From Candidatus Omnitrophota bacterium (lineage in GTDB: Bacteria > Omnitrophota > Gorgyraeia > Zapsychrales > Zapsychraceae), in contig JACKFK010000005.1 in assembly GCA_020632515.1 (NCBI GenBank), positions 157,327-221,326 on the forward strand: a stretch of DNA of 64,000 bases, given 5' to 3'. Shown in pieces: positions 63,506 to 64,000 of the stretch. The stretch's first letter is position 1. Each line of letters starts with the position of its first letter. Under the pieces are notes generated by a model. The model made no database searches. It was not told the origin of the DNA and saw only the letters and a program-made list of their open reading frames with translations. Both the position numbers and the translations under genes were made by a program.

Positions 63506-63679
63506 ATGCCTTACGAAACTTTAGTTTTTTTAATGGCGGCAATCTTAACCGGGTTGGTTAGTTTTATATCAACATCGTATGTTTTGGTTGTAACAATGAA
63601 AGTGTTTTGTGTGTTTTTTATTTTATTATTTGGCGTTTCAATTTTTGTAATGGTTAAAGGCAAAAATCCTCCAATCTAA
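63506..63679 (+). CDS. Small two-TM membrane protein
   Basis: 57 aa from the ATG that follows RBS AAAGGAG ('MPYETLVFLMAAILTGL...'). The longer track ORF would begin inside the terminator hairpin. Confidence 0.35.
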   Translation: MPYETLVFLMAAILTGLVSFISTSYVLVVTMKVFCVFFILLFGVSIFVMVKGKNPPI

Positions 63680-63789
63680 TTTGAAACAAAGTATGAAAAC
63701 TGATCGTAAAAAAGAAAAGTGTGTGATAAGATAACTTTTAATCTAAGTAATATAATATTAAATATTTCAATATATTAGTATTAAAAGTT

Positions 63790-64000
63790 ATGTCGAAACC
63801 GCAGTTAAGCGAATCTCATCATCCTCGGCCGCAGTGGAAATCCCGTATGGGATTTATATTAGCGGCGATTGGTTCTGCCGTTGGTTTGGGAAATATTTGG
63901 CGTTTTTCCTATCTTTGTTATAAGAACGGCGGAGGGGCCTTTCTTATTCCTTATACTATTGCGTTGTTAGTTGTAGGCATTCCTTTAATGATTTTAGAGC
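63790..64000 (+). CDS. Neurotransmitter:sodium symporter (NSS/SNF) family transporter, 3' end cut by the window edge
   Basis: My translation: [55 protein letters not shown]... It carries the NSS TM1 signature 'GLGNIWRF.Y' and 'GGGAFLIPY'. It is absent from the track because no stop codon lies within the window. Confidence 0.85.
   Translation, partial: MSKPQLSESHHPRPQWKSRMGFILAAIGSAVGLGNIWRFSYLCYKNGGGAFLIPYTIALLVVGIPLMILE

Overview
This is an AT-rich, gene-dense chromosomal window. It comes from a diderm (Gram-negative-type) bacterium, because BamD-like, LptE-like, LpxL-family and Lnt genes are all present. The small proteins and short intergenic gaps suggest a compact, probably uncultivated lineage.

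About 60 genes are supported, most on the + strand. Most are housekeeping:
- Translation, tRNA modification and ribosome: mnmE, mnmG, leuS, rpsT, prfB (with its programmed +1 frameshift), and two small ribosomal genes missing from the ORF track (rpsU, and a Thx-like 26-codon ORF).
- Central and cofactor metabolism: purH, folC, cysK, thiS-thiG-thiH.
- DNA repair and replication: nth, uvrC, holA.
- Envelope, secretion and transport: mgtE, murJ, secA, lnt, hppA.
- Competence and pili: comEA, comEC, pilT.

The accessory or unusual content is:
1. A Ddl-family ATP-grasp gene translationally coupled to a KamA-type lysine 2,3-aminomutase (2.1-4.3 kb).
2. A glycan-utilisation locus with a LacI-family regulator gene at its 3' end (12.5-26.5 kb). 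It is headed by two stand-alone PilZ genes. It contains a GH94-like phosphorylase, a sugar ABC importer without an ATPase, a clan GH-A-like hydrolase, and an unrecognised W-rich module of about 125-130 aa present three times.
3. Two adjacent short-period tandem arrays in the thiS upstream region, where no TPP riboswitch is visible.
4. A family of intergenic inverted-repeat elements built from phased 8-mers with a GTCACAAA / TTTGTGAC core. Three composite copies and one simple copy are present.
5. A membrane-anchored protein with two recently duplicated receiver domains.

I recognised no rRNA, tRNA, CRISPR array, transposase or integrase by eye. All protein calls rest on motif recognition in the supplied translations. 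No database search was run.
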